Of a DNA stretch of 64,000 bases, positions 26,433-36,490 are shown in pieces; the stretch's first letter is position 1; every line of letters starts with the position of its first letter. The DNA comes from Candidatus Iainarchaeum sp. (lineage in GTDB: Archaea; Iainarchaeota; Iainarchaeia; Iainarchaeales; JAAZKV01). The position numbers were made by a program, and so were the translations under genes. A model generated the notes under the pieces. That model saw only the letters and a program-made list of their open reading frames with translations, was not told the origin of the DNA and did not search any database. The stretch lies in assembly GCA_028691435.1 (NCBI GenBank), contig JAQUZG010000001.1, positions 66,921-130,920 on the forward strand, written 5' to 3'.

Positions 26433-28181
26433 CTAATTTAATGTTTTTTCTTTGATTTCTTTTTTTACTTGATCAATAAATTCATCAAGTGTCATTGTTT
26501 TTTGTTCATTTTGTCTATTTCTTATAGTTACTGTTTTATTTTCTTGTTCTTTTGCCCCGGCAACAATTAAATAAGGAACTTTTTCTTTTTGTCCCTCTCT
26601 AATTCGATAACCTAGAGTTTCGTTTCTGTCATCAAGTTTTACTCGAATTTCTTCATCAAGTAATTTTGAATTAATTTCTTTAGCATACTCGCTAAAATTT
26701 TCAGAAACTGGTATGATTATAGCTTGAACTGGAGAAAGCCATGTTGGAAATTTTCCTCCAAAATGCTCAATTATAATTCCTGTGAATCGTTCAAAAGAAC
26801 CAAATGGAGCTCTATGGATCATTACTGGTCTATGGTCTTTTCCATCTGTGCCGGTATAATTCAAATCAAATCTATCTGGTAAATTATAATCTAGTTGTAT
26901 TGTTCCAGTTTGCCATTCTCTTCCTATTGCATCATTAATTACAATATCTGCTTTTGGGCCATAGAACGCTGCATCTCCTTCTTCAATTGTAAAATTAATG
27001 TTTTTTTCTTTAACAACATCGATTATTTCTTGTGTTGCTTTTTCCCAAATTTCTTTTGGCCCAACATATTTGTCACTATTTGGATCACGTGTGCCAATTC
27101 TCACTCTAAAATTTTTTAATCCAAGAGTATTCATTACATCCATTACTAAATCAAATACTCCTTTGAATTCTTGTTTTACTTGTTCTTGTGTACAAAAAAT
27201 ATGGGCATCGTCTTGAGTAAACCCTCTTACTCTTAAAAGTCCTGATAATTCTCCACTTTTTTCATATCTATAAACTGTTCCCATTTCACTTATTCTAAGT
27301 GGAAGCTCTCTATAACTTCTTTTTGTCTTTGCATAATATTCAATATGAAAAGGACAATTCATTGGTTTTAGATAATATTCTTCATCATCAATTTTTATTG
27401 GAGCATACATTATATCTTTATAATGTGCTAAATGCCCTGATGTAGAAAAGAGGTCTGATTTACCAATGTGTGGAGTTATCATAAATTGATATCCTCTTTT
27501 TTGTTGTTCTTTAATTAAGAAATTTTGTAATTGCATTCTAAGCATTGTTCCATTTGGGCACCAAATTGGAAGGCCTCTTCCAACTTTTTCACTCATCATG
27601 TACAAATCTAATTCTTTTCCAAGTTTAATGTTAGAATTTTCTTCAGCTTTTTTTCGTAGTTCAATCCACTCATTAAGTTCTTGTTTTGTTTTAAATGCGA
27701 TTCCATAAACTCTTTGTAATTGTTTATTTTTTTCATTACCTTTCCAGTAAGCTGATGAAATTTTTAATAGTTTTATTGTCCCTATTTCACCAACATTGTC
27801 TAAATGTGGGCCTTTACACATATCAATAAATTGACCATTTGTGTAAGTTGAAATTTCTTTTTCACCGTTTGCTTGGAGATCGTTGATCATTTCAATTTTA
27901 TATTTATTTTTTTCAAATATTTTTTTTGCTTCGTCAATTGAAACATTTTTTTGAATCATTTTATCTTTTCTTTTAAGTATTTGATTCATTTTTTGTTCAA
28001 TTTTATCAAGATCACTTTCTTTTAGATTGTAATCTAAATCAAAATCATAATGAAATCCTTGTTCTATTGGTGGACCAATTGCGATTAGAGCCGTCGGATA
28101 TTCACTAGTTAGTGCTTCTGCGAACACGTGTGCACTTGTGTGCCAAAACTTTTCCATATATTCTTTATCCGATTTTTCCAT
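26433..28181 (-). CDS. thrS: Threonyl-tRNA synthetase (class II), lacking N-terminal TGS domain
   Basis: Class II motifs plus HRAPFGSFERFTGIIIEHFGGKFPTWLSPVQAIIIPV and anticodon-binding C-terminus. The protein starts at the editing-domain HTSAHV motif. 582 aa. Confidence 0.8.
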   Translation of the reverse strand: MEKSDKEYMEKFWHTSAHVFAEALTSEYPTALIAIGPPIEQGFHYDFDLDYNLKESDLDKIEQKMNQILKRKDKMIQKNVSIDEAKKIFEKNKYKIEMINDLQANGEKEISTYTNGQFIDMCKGPHLDNVGEIGTIKLLKISSAYWKGNEKNKQLQRVYGIAFKTKQELNEWIELRKKAEENSNIKLGKELDLYMMSEKVGRGLPIWCPNGTMLRMQLQNFLIKEQQKRGYQFMITPHIGKSDLFSTSGHLAHYKDIMYAPIKIDDEEYYLKPMNCPFHIEYYAKTKRSYRELPLRISEMGTVYRYEKSGELSGLLRVRGFTQDDAHIFCTQEQVKQEFKGVFDLVMDVMNTLGLKNFRVRIGTRDPNSDKYVGPKEIWEKATQEIIDVVKEKNINFTIEEGDAAFYGPKADIVINDAIGREWQTGTIQLDYNLPDRFDLNYTGTDGKDHRPVMIHRAPFGSFERFTGIIIEHFGGKFPTWLSPVQAIIIPVSENFSEYAKEINSKLLDEEIRVKLDDRNETLGYRIREGQKEKVPYLIVAGAKEQENKTVTIRNRQNEQKTMTLDEFIDQVKKEIKEKTLN

Positions 28182-28321
28182 TTAATCAATCCTCCACATA
28201 TTAAATTTCTACTTAATAACTTTTAAAAAAGCAATTATTTTATAATGTTATAAAATTTTTTAAAAAATCAAATTTTATTAATAAATTATCAATATTAATA
28301 ATTTGCTTTAAAATCAGTTAA

Positions 28322-28918
28322 TTATCTCGTTGCACGTTTGCATCTTTCTCTTCCACAAAGAGAGTGAAACTCTGTGCAAAAATAATTTCCATCACTTATT
28401 TTTAAAAATTTGCAATTGTCCCAACTAGTGTCTCCTCTAAATGTTGAACCACTTTGTTTTATTACATTGGCAACAATATTACAATGTTGTTTTCCAATTT
28501 TTTGATTAGTTGTAGAAAAATTTTCATTTGATTTACTGTCTTGAATTTCTTCAACAATTGGTTGAGGTTTAGCATAATAAATTTCACTATCACTTGATTT
28601 TTTTGGTTCATCCGAATTGATATTTTGATTAATTAAAGGTTCATTAGAATCCATATTGTTTATATCATTACTTTCAATTGATTGAGAATAACTTGGTTTT
28701 ACCCCATATTTTTCTTGAGCTTGACTAATTAGTGATTCTTGATTAGAATCTTGACTTTTTAGACTTTCTTTTAAATCATTAAATGCACTTTTATCACATG
28801 ACTCCCCATCTATGATTTTACCAGCACTTGCCTTTATTTCAGAATTAGCTCTTCTTTGTTCAATATGTCTATCTGTTTGTTTTGCAGATGCTAACATGTC
28901 TCTCATTGCCATATACAA
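28322..28918 (-). CDS. Hypothetical protein with Cys-rich C-terminal module
   Basis: Ser/Asn/Gln-rich low-complexity N-terminal part. C-terminal CNIVANV...C..C...C..C cluster suggests a Zn-binding domain. Confidence 0.35.
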   Translation of the reverse strand: MYMAMRDMLASAKQTDRHIEQRRANSEIKASAGKIIDGESCDKSAFNDLKESLKSQDSNQESLISQAQEKYGVKPSYSQSIESNDINNMDSNEPLINQNINSDEPKKSSDSEIYYAKPQPIVEEIQDSKSNENFSTTNQKIGKQHCNIVANVIKQSGSTFRGDTSWDNCKFLKISDGNYFCTEFHSLCGRERCKRATR

Positions 28919-29038
28919 ATATAATGACTAATATTGGCTTAAAAATCTTTTCAAAACAACATTTTACTAAATTTTTAGTTTAATTCAACCAATTATATCC
29001 TTTTAACTTATTTTTGATTTTAATATATTTGATTAATT

Positions 29039-30271
29039 ATGATTTCTCCAGAGATTTGTATAAAATGTAAAGGGAAACTTCTTTGTGGATTAAAGTCTTG
29101 TCCAATTCTTGAAAAAAACTTTTCATCATCAAAAATTATTTCATCAATTAAAAATAATAATTTTAGTGGGTTTTCGCCACCTGGATTTTTTGTTTCTTGG
29201 AATAATTATCCAAAAGTAGCAGTTGCTCCTCTTTCAATGGCCCAAAGTGAGTCTGTTCAAATTAGTGATTTGCCTGAAAAATGGTATGGTTTACCTCAAG
29301 AAAAAATAATTTCATTTAGAGAATCACTTTTAAGATCGTATAAAATAATGTCTGTAAATTTAGCAAAAAATCCAAATTATGAACTTCTTAATTTTCAAGA
29401 ATTGACAATGTCAAAAAAAAATATTAATGTGGAAGTTAATCTTGACAGTAAACCAAAACTGGATACTTCTTTTGATTCGTTTTCTGCCCCTATGGGGCCA
29501 AGTGCAAAATTAAAGAAAATTTCTTTTTCTTCAAATATTAGTATTCCAAAAAAACTTGATTATTATAATCGGGATGTTGATGTAAAATCCAATGTTGCTT
29601 TAATTGACTTATATGAATCAGGAATAGCAGTCTCAACTTTAGCAAAAGTTTTATCCAGTGGATCACTTGGAGTAAAAAAGAATAGAAAAATTGTTCCAAC
29701 AAGATGGAGTATAACTGCTGTTGATAATAATATTTCAAAATATTTTATTAATGAAAAAATTATTGAAAATAAAATTATTGATAATTATAAATTATTTCAT
29801 TCAAATTATCTGGATAATAATTTTTATATTTTACTCCTTCCTTTTGCTTTTTCTTTTGAACAAATTGAAACTTGGTTGCCTGGTGGAATTTGGAATGCTG
29901 GTGCAAAAGATTATCAAATTCTTTCGGATTATGAATTAACTGCTGGATTAAAGGGTTATCCATCAGAAACAGAAGGGGCATATTATGCTGCTAGACTCGC
30001 AGTAGTAGAATATTTAAATAGAAATAAAATTAATGCTGCTGCAATTGTTTTTAGAGAAATTGGTCAAAATTATGCTGTTCCTTTAGGTGTTTGGCAAATA
30101 AGAGAAAATGTTAGAGCTGCATTAAAAGAAAAACCTCTTGAATTTTCAACATTTGATTTAGCCCTTAATTTTTTATCAACAAAATTAGTTGTGCCAATAG
30201 CACAATATAAGAAAAAATCAAACTTAATAAAACATTTTAAATTTCAAAAAAGATTAAACGAATGGTTCTAA
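29039..30271 (+). CDS. NreA-like DNA-repair protein (DUF650/DUF651-type) with C-terminal PIP box, putative
   Basis: N-terminal Cys cluster CIKCKGKLLCGLKSCP. The extreme C-terminus FQKRLNEWF fits the PCNA-interacting motif Qxx[LIM]xx[FWY][FY]. It is adjacent to and divergent from rfcS. Confidence 0.45.
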   Translation: MISPEICIKCKGKLLCGLKSCPILEKNFSSSKIISSIKNNNFSGFSPPGFFVSWNNYPKVAVAPLSMAQSESVQISDLPEKWYGLPQEKIISFRESLLRSYKIMSVNLAKNPNYELLNFQELTMSKKNINVEVNLDSKPKLDTSFDSFSAPMGPSAKLKKISFSSNISIPKKLDYYNRDVDVKSNVALIDLYESGIAVSTLAKVLSSGSLGVKKNRKIVPTRWSITAVDNNISKYFINEKIIENKIIDNYKLFHSNYLDNNFYILLLPFAFSFEQIETWLPGGIWNAGAKDYQILSDYELTAGLKGYPSETEGAYYAARLAVVEYLNRNKINAAAIVFREIGQNYAVPLGVWQIRENVRAALKEKPLEFSTFDLALNFLSTKLVVPIAQYKKKSNLIKHFKFQKRLNEWF

Positions 30272-30278
30272 AATTTAA

Positions 30279-31235
30279 TTATTTCATGAATTGTGCAAGT
30301 AATGCTTCAATTTGTATTCTTTCACTTGCGCCTTCTACTAATCTAAAATCATATTCTCCAATTTTATCAATTAAATCAATTTTTTTCTTTTCAGTTAATT
30401 TTTCATTTTCTAAATCCATTGTTTCTCTATAAATTTGTTTGATTATATCTTCTCCACTCATACCATAATCATACATTAATTCATCAAGCTTTTTTCTTGC
30501 TTCAAGAAATTTGTGATCAAGTGCAAGTATAATCATTTCTTGAACTTCTTTTGGTCTTGCTTTACTTGCAACAGAATATACTCCTTCTTCAGTAATATTT
30601 TTACTTAATGATGAACATGCTTGTAAGATATTGATTGCTTTTCTTAAATCTCCTTCTACAACATAATTAATTGCTTTTTTTGCTTGACTATCAATAGTTA
30701 ATTTTTCAGTATTGCACACAATGTCAATTTGTTTTTCAATATCACTAGCCATCAAAGGTTTAAATCTATAAACAACACATCTTGATTGAATTGGATCAAT
30801 AATTTTTGAAGAATAATTACAGCTTAAAATAAATCTACAGGTTTTTGTATATTTTTCCATTGTTCTTCTTAGTGCTTGTTGTGCATCAGTAGTTAATGCA
30901 TCACATTCATCTAAAAAAATTATTTTAAAATCACTATTAAATGCTAAAGTTCTAGCAAAGTCTTTAATCGTATTTCTTACAATTCCTATTCCTCTATCAT
31001 CACTTGCATTTAATTCTAAAAAGTTTTGTTCAAAATTTTCACCAAATAATTCTTTTGCCATTGCAATACTTGATGAAGTTTTTCCAGTTCCTGCTGGTCC
31101 AGAAAATAATAAATTTGGTAAATTTTTTATTTGAATATAATTTTTAAGTCTTTTAGTGATATCTTCATGGCCCACGACATTTTCCATTTTAATAGGACGA
31201 TACTTTTCAATCCATGGTAATTCTAAACTAGTCAT
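30279..31235 (-). CDS. rfcS: Replication factor C small subunit
   Basis: KYRP...LLFSGPAGTGKTSSSIAMAKELFG, DEAD-like Walker B IIFLDECDALT, SRC motif DPIQSRC. Confidence 0.85.
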   Translation of the reverse strand: MTSLELPWIEKYRPIKMENVVGHEDITKRLKNYIQIKNLPNLLFSGPAGTGKTSSSIAMAKELFGENFEQNFLELNASDDRGIGIVRNTIKDFARTLAFNSDFKIIFLDECDALTTDAQQALRRTMEKYTKTCRFILSCNYSSKIIDPIQSRCVVYRFKPLMASDIEKQIDIVCNTEKLTIDSQAKKAINYVVEGDLRKAINILQACSSLSKNITEEGVYSVASKARPKEVQEMIILALDHKFLEARKKLDELMYDYGMSGEDIIKQIYRETMDLENEKLTEKKKIDLIDKIGEYDFRLVEGASERIQIEALLAQFMK

Positions 31236-31349
31236 AATATTATTTAATTTAGAAATAATTAAAAGCTAAACCTTTTGCGATTTGCATTCTAATTCTAAAA
31301 GCGAATAATTAAAAACATTATATTTTATGAATAATTTATATTTAGAGGG

Positions 31350-32048
31350 ATGAGACTAATGGAAAAGAAAAAATATTTTGTTATTTTAGCAGTTTGGTTT
31401 ATTGTTACATTTGCAATCATGTGGTTTTTTGGTGGATCTTGCACAACTTTGTTTTCCTCAACTGGGGATGAATGTATTTCAACAAATATTCTTTCAGGTA
31501 TAAGAAATGTTCCATTAATTGGATATATTTTACCATATAATGCTTGGGTTTCATTCTTTTATTGGTTTAGTCCAGTAGCTGGGTTTTTCCTTGCTTATTT
31601 AATGATTAAATGGTATAATAAAACTTTTGAAACAAACAATGGGTCAGGGCCAGTAATGCTAGTTATGCTTATTGTTTTATTATTTGCAGGTTATTTCATA
31701 AATTTAACTTTTTATTATTCAGAATCTGCAGCACTTAATAGTAATTCACAAGTAAATTATACTCTGTCATTTTGCTTTGCTGAAGATACTGCCCAAAAAT
31801 GTAATGAAAATGTTTACAAAGTTAATCAACAAATTGCATCAAGTGCAACAGCATACCCAGTTTCGCAATATTTTCCAGTTTCATATTGGTCAGAGCTTAG
31901 AGAAAGTATTTATTTGATTTTTATGCTTGGGGCAATATCTGCATGGTTATTTTTATTCATTACTGAAAATGTATTTTCTCAATCCAAGTCAAATCTTGCT
32001 CATCACAAACACAAAAAAATAACTGATGATCAAAAAGAATTTGAATAA
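31350..32048 (+). CDS. Hypothetical multi-pass membrane protein
   Basis: Several hydrophobic helices, for example FVILAVWFIVTFAIMWFF. No motif. Confidence 0.4.
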   Translation: MRLMEKKKYFVILAVWFIVTFAIMWFFGGSCTTLFSSTGDECISTNILSGIRNVPLIGYILPYNAWVSFFYWFSPVAGFFLAYLMIKWYNKTFETNNGSGPVMLVMLIVLLFAGYFINLTFYYSESAALNSNSQVNYTLSFCFAEDTAQKCNENVYKVNQQIASSATAYPVSQYFPVSYWSELRESIYLIFMLGAISAWLFLFITENVFSQSKSNLAHHKHKKITDDQKEFE

Positions 32049-32098
32049 TTAATTATTATTTCAAATTCTATTTTTTATTTTTTAAGGTGTATTTATTG

Positions 32099-33364
32099 AT
32101 GGATGTAAAAAAAACTTTTTTTATTGAAGGCTATGGTTGTTCGTTAAATATTGGTGAAACAGAACAAATTTCAGGATTTTTAACAGATAATAAATTTAAA
32201 CGAGTTTTTGATTTTAAAAAAGCTAATTTTATTATAATTAATACTTGTTCAGTAAAAATGGTGACTGAGCAAAGGATGCTTTCAAGAATAAAATTGTTGT
32301 TTGAAAATAAGAAAATTAATGCAAAAATTATTGTTGTTGGTTGTCTTGCAAAGACAAATAAAAAAGAGATTGAAAATATTTCAAAATCTTTTGATTTAGT
32401 GGTGCTTGATACAAAACTTTCTTCAATTTCAAAATATTTTGATTTAAATCAAATTGATTTTTCTCCAAATGTAACTTCTGATAAAACAAATAAATTAGTT
32501 TCAATAATTCCAATTTCAATTGGATGTTTAGGTAATTGTACATATTGTGCAACAAAAATTGCAAGAGGTAATTTAAAGTCATATTCTTTAGAGTCATTAA
32601 ACACAGCATTTAAAAAAGCAATAAAAACAAGTAAAGAAATTTGGTTAACTTCTCAAGATCTTGGGTGTTATGGGTTTGACATAAATACTGATTTGCCAAC
32701 TCTATTAGAAAAATTGCTTGAAAATAAAGGTGATTATAAAATAAGACTTGGCATGATGAACCCTAATCATTTCAATAAAATACAAAAAGACTTATTGCCT
32801 TTGTTTGATGATGAACGATTATACAAATTTTTACATTTGCCCGTTCAATCAGGATCAAACAAAATTTTGAAATCAATGAATAGATTTTATACAAAAGAAG
32901 ATTATATAAAAATTATTAATAAATTAAAAAAAATTATCCCATCAATTACAATTTCTACTGATATTATTGTTGGATTTCCATTTGAATCTGAAATTGATTT
33001 TTTAGAAACTGTTGATGTTACAAAAAAAACTATGCCTCAAGTAATTAATCTTTCTAGATTTGGAAAAAGAAAAGGTACTATTGCGGCAACTTTGCCTAAT
33101 CAAATCAATGAAACAATAAAAAAAGACAGAAGTAAAAAAATTTCTGAATTATCAAAAGATTATATGTTAAAAAATAATCAAATTTATTTAAATAAAATTT
33201 TTAAAATTTTAATTGTTGAAAAAGAAAAAGACTTTTTTACGGGGAGAACAAATAATTATCGGCCAGTTTTAGTTAAATCAAACAAATCTCTTTTAGGAAA
33301 AATTGTTAAAGTAAAAATTACTTCAGTTTATTCTCATTTTTTAAAAGGTGAATTAATTAATTAA
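32099..33364 (+). CDS. Radical-SAM methylthiotransferase (MiaB/MtaB-like tRNA MTTase) with C-terminal TRAM domain
   Basis: N-terminal MTTase Cys triad FFIEGYGCSLN...IINTCSV. Radical-SAM CLGNCTYC. C-terminal TRAM-like KIVKVKITSV. Confidence 0.7.
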   Translation: MDVKKTFFIEGYGCSLNIGETEQISGFLTDNKFKRVFDFKKANFIIINTCSVKMVTEQRMLSRIKLLFENKKINAKIIVVGCLAKTNKKEIENISKSFDLVVLDTKLSSISKYFDLNQIDFSPNVTSDKTNKLVSIIPISIGCLGNCTYCATKIARGNLKSYSLESLNTAFKKAIKTSKEIWLTSQDLGCYGFDINTDLPTLLEKLLENKGDYKIRLGMMNPNHFNKIQKDLLPLFDDERLYKFLHLPVQSGSNKILKSMNRFYTKEDYIKIINKLKKIIPSITISTDIIVGFPFESEIDFLETVDVTKKTMPQVINLSRFGKRKGTIAATLPNQINETIKKDRSKKISELSKDYMLKNNQIYLNKIFKILIVEKEKDFFTGRTNNYRPVLVKSNKSLLGKIVKVKITSVYSHFLKGELIN

Positions 33365-33469
33365 ATATTTTTTATATCTGATTTTTTCAAGTTATTTTTT
33401 TATTATTTTAATTTTTATTAATTTTTATAAAAATGCTCTATTTTTAAACTTTTTTTCTAATTATTAAGT

Positions 33470-34279
33470 ATGATTAAGTTAGTTTTTGAAAGAAGTATTG
33501 AAGAATATAAAAGTAATATTAAAGTAGTATTGTCTTTTGGGTTATTATTATTGTTTGTGCCTTTATTTTTATTTTTTGATCAATTTTTAGTTGCCTCAGG
33601 AACATCATTTTTACTTTATTATGGATCAATTCTAGCCATAATTGGTTTAATTATTGGAGCAATTTTTTTATACTTTTTTTCTTTTTTTATAACGTTAATT
33701 ATTTATTCAGTAAAAAGAGATGTTCAAAATGTCAGATATGAAGGATTTTGGAATGAAGCAGTTAGAGATAACTCTATTAAAATTTTCTTATTTTATTTTC
33801 TAATTTCATTTTTAGTTTATGTAGTTTCAATTACTGGGTTAATGTTTGGATTAAATGATATTTTTATTTTTGTTAACTTAATAATTTTAATAATTGTAAT
33901 GTTTGTTCCACAAAGTTTAGTTTTAGATGATGTGCATATTGTTGATGCTATATCAAATAGTATTGATTTTTTAAAAACAAATAAAAAAACTTGTTTTGTA
34001 ATTTTTGCAATCGGTTCAATTGCTTTATTTATCACATTAATTATCGAATTTGTTTTAAACGTTTTTAATTTACCCGGATCATTTTTGTCATTTATTATTG
34101 TTTTACTTTTAATAACTCCATTTATTGAACAAATGAAATCTTATGCTTATGTTTTGAAAAATGATTTAATTAAAAGTCCAGAAATACATCAAACAAGAAT
34201 TGATAAAATTAAACAAGTACCAAAGAAAAAAATTAATGCTGTTAGATTAAGAGAAATGCCAACAAAAGGAAAGATTTAG
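33470..34279 (+). CDS. Hypothetical multi-pass membrane protein
   Basis: 6-7 predicted TM helices. No motif. Confidence 0.4.
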   Translation: MIKLVFERSIEEYKSNIKVVLSFGLLLLFVPLFLFFDQFLVASGTSFLLYYGSILAIIGLIIGAIFLYFFSFFITLIIYSVKRDVQNVRYEGFWNEAVRDNSIKIFLFYFLISFLVYVVSITGLMFGLNDIFIFVNLIILIIVMFVPQSLVLDDVHIVDAISNSIDFLKTNKKTCFVIFAIGSIALFITLIIEFVLNVFNLPGSFLSFIIVLLLITPFIEQMKSYAYVLKNDLIKSPEIHQTRIDKIKQVPKKKINAVRLREMPTKGKI

Positions 34280-34280
34280 T

Positions 34281-35816
34281 TTAATTTTTAATAAAATTGA
34301 TTAATTCTATATTTTTATCAATTAAATTATTTACTTCTTTTATATCTGTAGTTATTCCTGTTAAACAATAAGTTTTTTCATCTTTTTCACTTTCATTAAA
34401 AGGAGTTGTTTCTTTTTCATTAATTTTTGAAAATTTAATTAATGCTTCTTTTGTAGCTCCAAAAATTTCACAATTTTCAATTTGTAATGTTATTTTGTTT
34501 ATTATTTTTTTATTTAATTTATCTTTTTCAATATTTAATTTTTTAGCAATATTTTCAGTTGAAGTCAATCCAATACCAATACTTAATTCATTAATATCAA
34601 TTCCAGAATTAATTGTAATAAAATCATTTTTTTTAATTTCAAATAATTCTTTAATTTGTTCAATTATTTGATCTAAATTGTTAAAAAAATTATTTTCATT
34701 CTTATCATTTAATTTTTCAAGATTTATTGAAACCATTAAAAAAATTCCTTTTCTTTTTGATGCAATATCTTTAGTTATCATAAATTTTTCTTCGCGTGAA
34801 TTATTTAAAATTAATAAATTTTTATCTAAATTAATTAATTTTAAAGAATATTTTGAATCTATTAAATTTACTATATTTAAATTATTTTTTATTAACAAAT
34901 TTGTTAATTCAATACTTCTTAATTTATCATAATTTTTATTTTTTAATTCTTTTTGATAAGTGCTTGGCAAATATAATTCACAAGAAATTAATGATTTTTC
35001 ATTTAATCTTATTAGATCTATTATCAAGTTTTTTGTTTTTTCAAAATCTTTTTTTGTTTTTAAAAAACAACTTGCTACTGTGTTTAATCCAAAAATTGCA
35101 ATTGGCGAGTACACATATTTTTGTATATTTGTCGTATCTACAAAATTAGTAATTAATGTTGATTCAATATTTTCTTTTAGAGTGCAAATGTGTGTGTAAC
35201 CATAAATTCTTGTACAAAATCCTTCTAAATCTTCAACTTTTATTGTGCTATTAAATATCAAATCTCTTGCTTTTTTTGGAATTTTTTTTAGTAATACATA
35301 TTCTTTTGCCATTTCTCCTTTTTCAAGATTTATTAATACTCTTTTTTCAGCATCAAATATTGGAACACCAACTCTGGTATAATCATTTCTAACATCATTA
35401 AGTCCATAACTAATAAGTTTTGCACAAACTAGTTCTCTAATTAATGGAGCACTAATAAAATTCATGTCTAAATCTTTAATTTCATTTTCAACTTCATTTG
35501 TTATTTTTTCAGCAAGTGTTCTTGATATTTTTGTTTCTATTAAAAGAGATTTTATAATTTGTCCACGATTAAATTCTTCAAGAGTTTCTTTTGATGTATA
35601 TACGTGTAATTTGCTAAATTTTTTATAAATTTCACATGCTGTTGGATCATAAATATTAAGTAATTCAATTGTTTTTTCTCTAAGTTTTTTGGAATTAGTT
35701 TCATTTAATTTACTTAACTCTTTTATTATTTTTGTATTTGTCCAATCATTCGCTCCAGATTTTGAAATTTCTTTAGAAATTTGTTGAATCGGTTCTTCAA
35801 TAATTGCTTCTTCCAT
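34281..35816 (-). CDS. ATP-cone domain protein of unknown function
   Basis: Residues 60-150 (KIIKELSKL...SRTLAEKITNEVENEI...APLIRELVCAKLISYG) fit the ATP-cone. The remaining 360 aa are unassigned and carry no RNR glycyl-radical or Zn-ribbon motifs. Confidence 0.35.
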   Translation of the reverse strand: MEEAIIEEPIQQISKEISKSGANDWTNTKIIKELSKLNETNSKKLREKTIELLNIYDPTACEIYKKFSKLHVYTSKETLEEFNRGQIIKSLLIETKISRTLAEKITNEVENEIKDLDMNFISAPLIRELVCAKLISYGLNDVRNDYTRVGVPIFDAEKRVLINLEKGEMAKEYVLLKKIPKKARDLIFNSTIKVEDLEGFCTRIYGYTHICTLKENIESTLITNFVDTTNIQKYVYSPIAIFGLNTVASCFLKTKKDFEKTKNLIIDLIRLNEKSLISCELYLPSTYQKELKNKNYDKLRSIELTNLLIKNNLNIVNLIDSKYSLKLINLDKNLLILNNSREEKFMITKDIASKRKGIFLMVSINLEKLNDKNENNFFNNLDQIIEQIKELFEIKKNDFITINSGIDINELSIGIGLTSTENIAKKLNIEKDKLNKKIINKITLQIENCEIFGATKEALIKFSKINEKETTPFNESEKDEKTYCLTGITTDIKEVNNLIDKNIELINFIKN

Positions 35817-35916
35817 ATACTAATTATGTGCAGAAATGATTAAATATATCTATTTGTCTATTAATTATGATAGGTATTAATTGTAATAAATTATAATCTT
35901 TTATTAGGGTGATTAA

Positions 35917-36396
35917 ATGGAACTAGATAAGATAGATCATATTATACTTGAAGCTTTGTTAAGGGACGGAAGGATTGCTTTTTCTACAATTGCAAAAGAA
36001 ACAAATTTAACTGATGTTGCTATAAAAAAAAGATTTGAGTCATTAAAAAGAAGAAATATTATTTCAGGTATAACCCTTGATTTAAATTTTAAATCTTTAG
36101 GATATGAAAATCCAATTTATATTCAAATTCGTAGTGAAATTTCAAAAAACAAAGATATTATAAAAAAATTAAAAACACTTGATTTTATTTTGGAAGTTTA
36201 TCATGTGCTTGGTGATTATAATTTATTTTGTAAAATGATTGTGCCAAATTTAGATGCTGGTGAAAAAGCAATAAATCAGCTTGGTTTAATTGACGGAATA
36301 ATTGATTTAAAAACAATGGTCGTTTTGTCGGAGTTAAAAAAATCAACAACTCTTCCAGCAAAAACATTACAAAATAGTTTAACTGGAAAAACATAA
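35917..36396 (+). CDS. Lrp/AsnC-family transcriptional regulator
   Basis: N-terminal HTH DKIDHIILEALLRDGRIAFSTIAKETNLTDVAIKKRFESL and C-terminal RAM domain. Confidence 0.75.
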   Translation: MELDKIDHIILEALLRDGRIAFSTIAKETNLTDVAIKKRFESLKRRNIISGITLDLNFKSLGYENPIYIQIRSEISKNKDIIKKLKTLDFILEVYHVLGDYNLFCKMIVPNLDAGEKAINQLGLIDGIIDLKTMVVLSELKKSTTLPAKTLQNSLTGKT

Positions 36397-36490
36397 TTAA
36401 TATATAATTAATTTGAAAATAGTTGATAATTTATTAATTTGTCGAAAACATCTGCTTTCTTTTTAATTATTTTTATTAATAGTTTATTTT

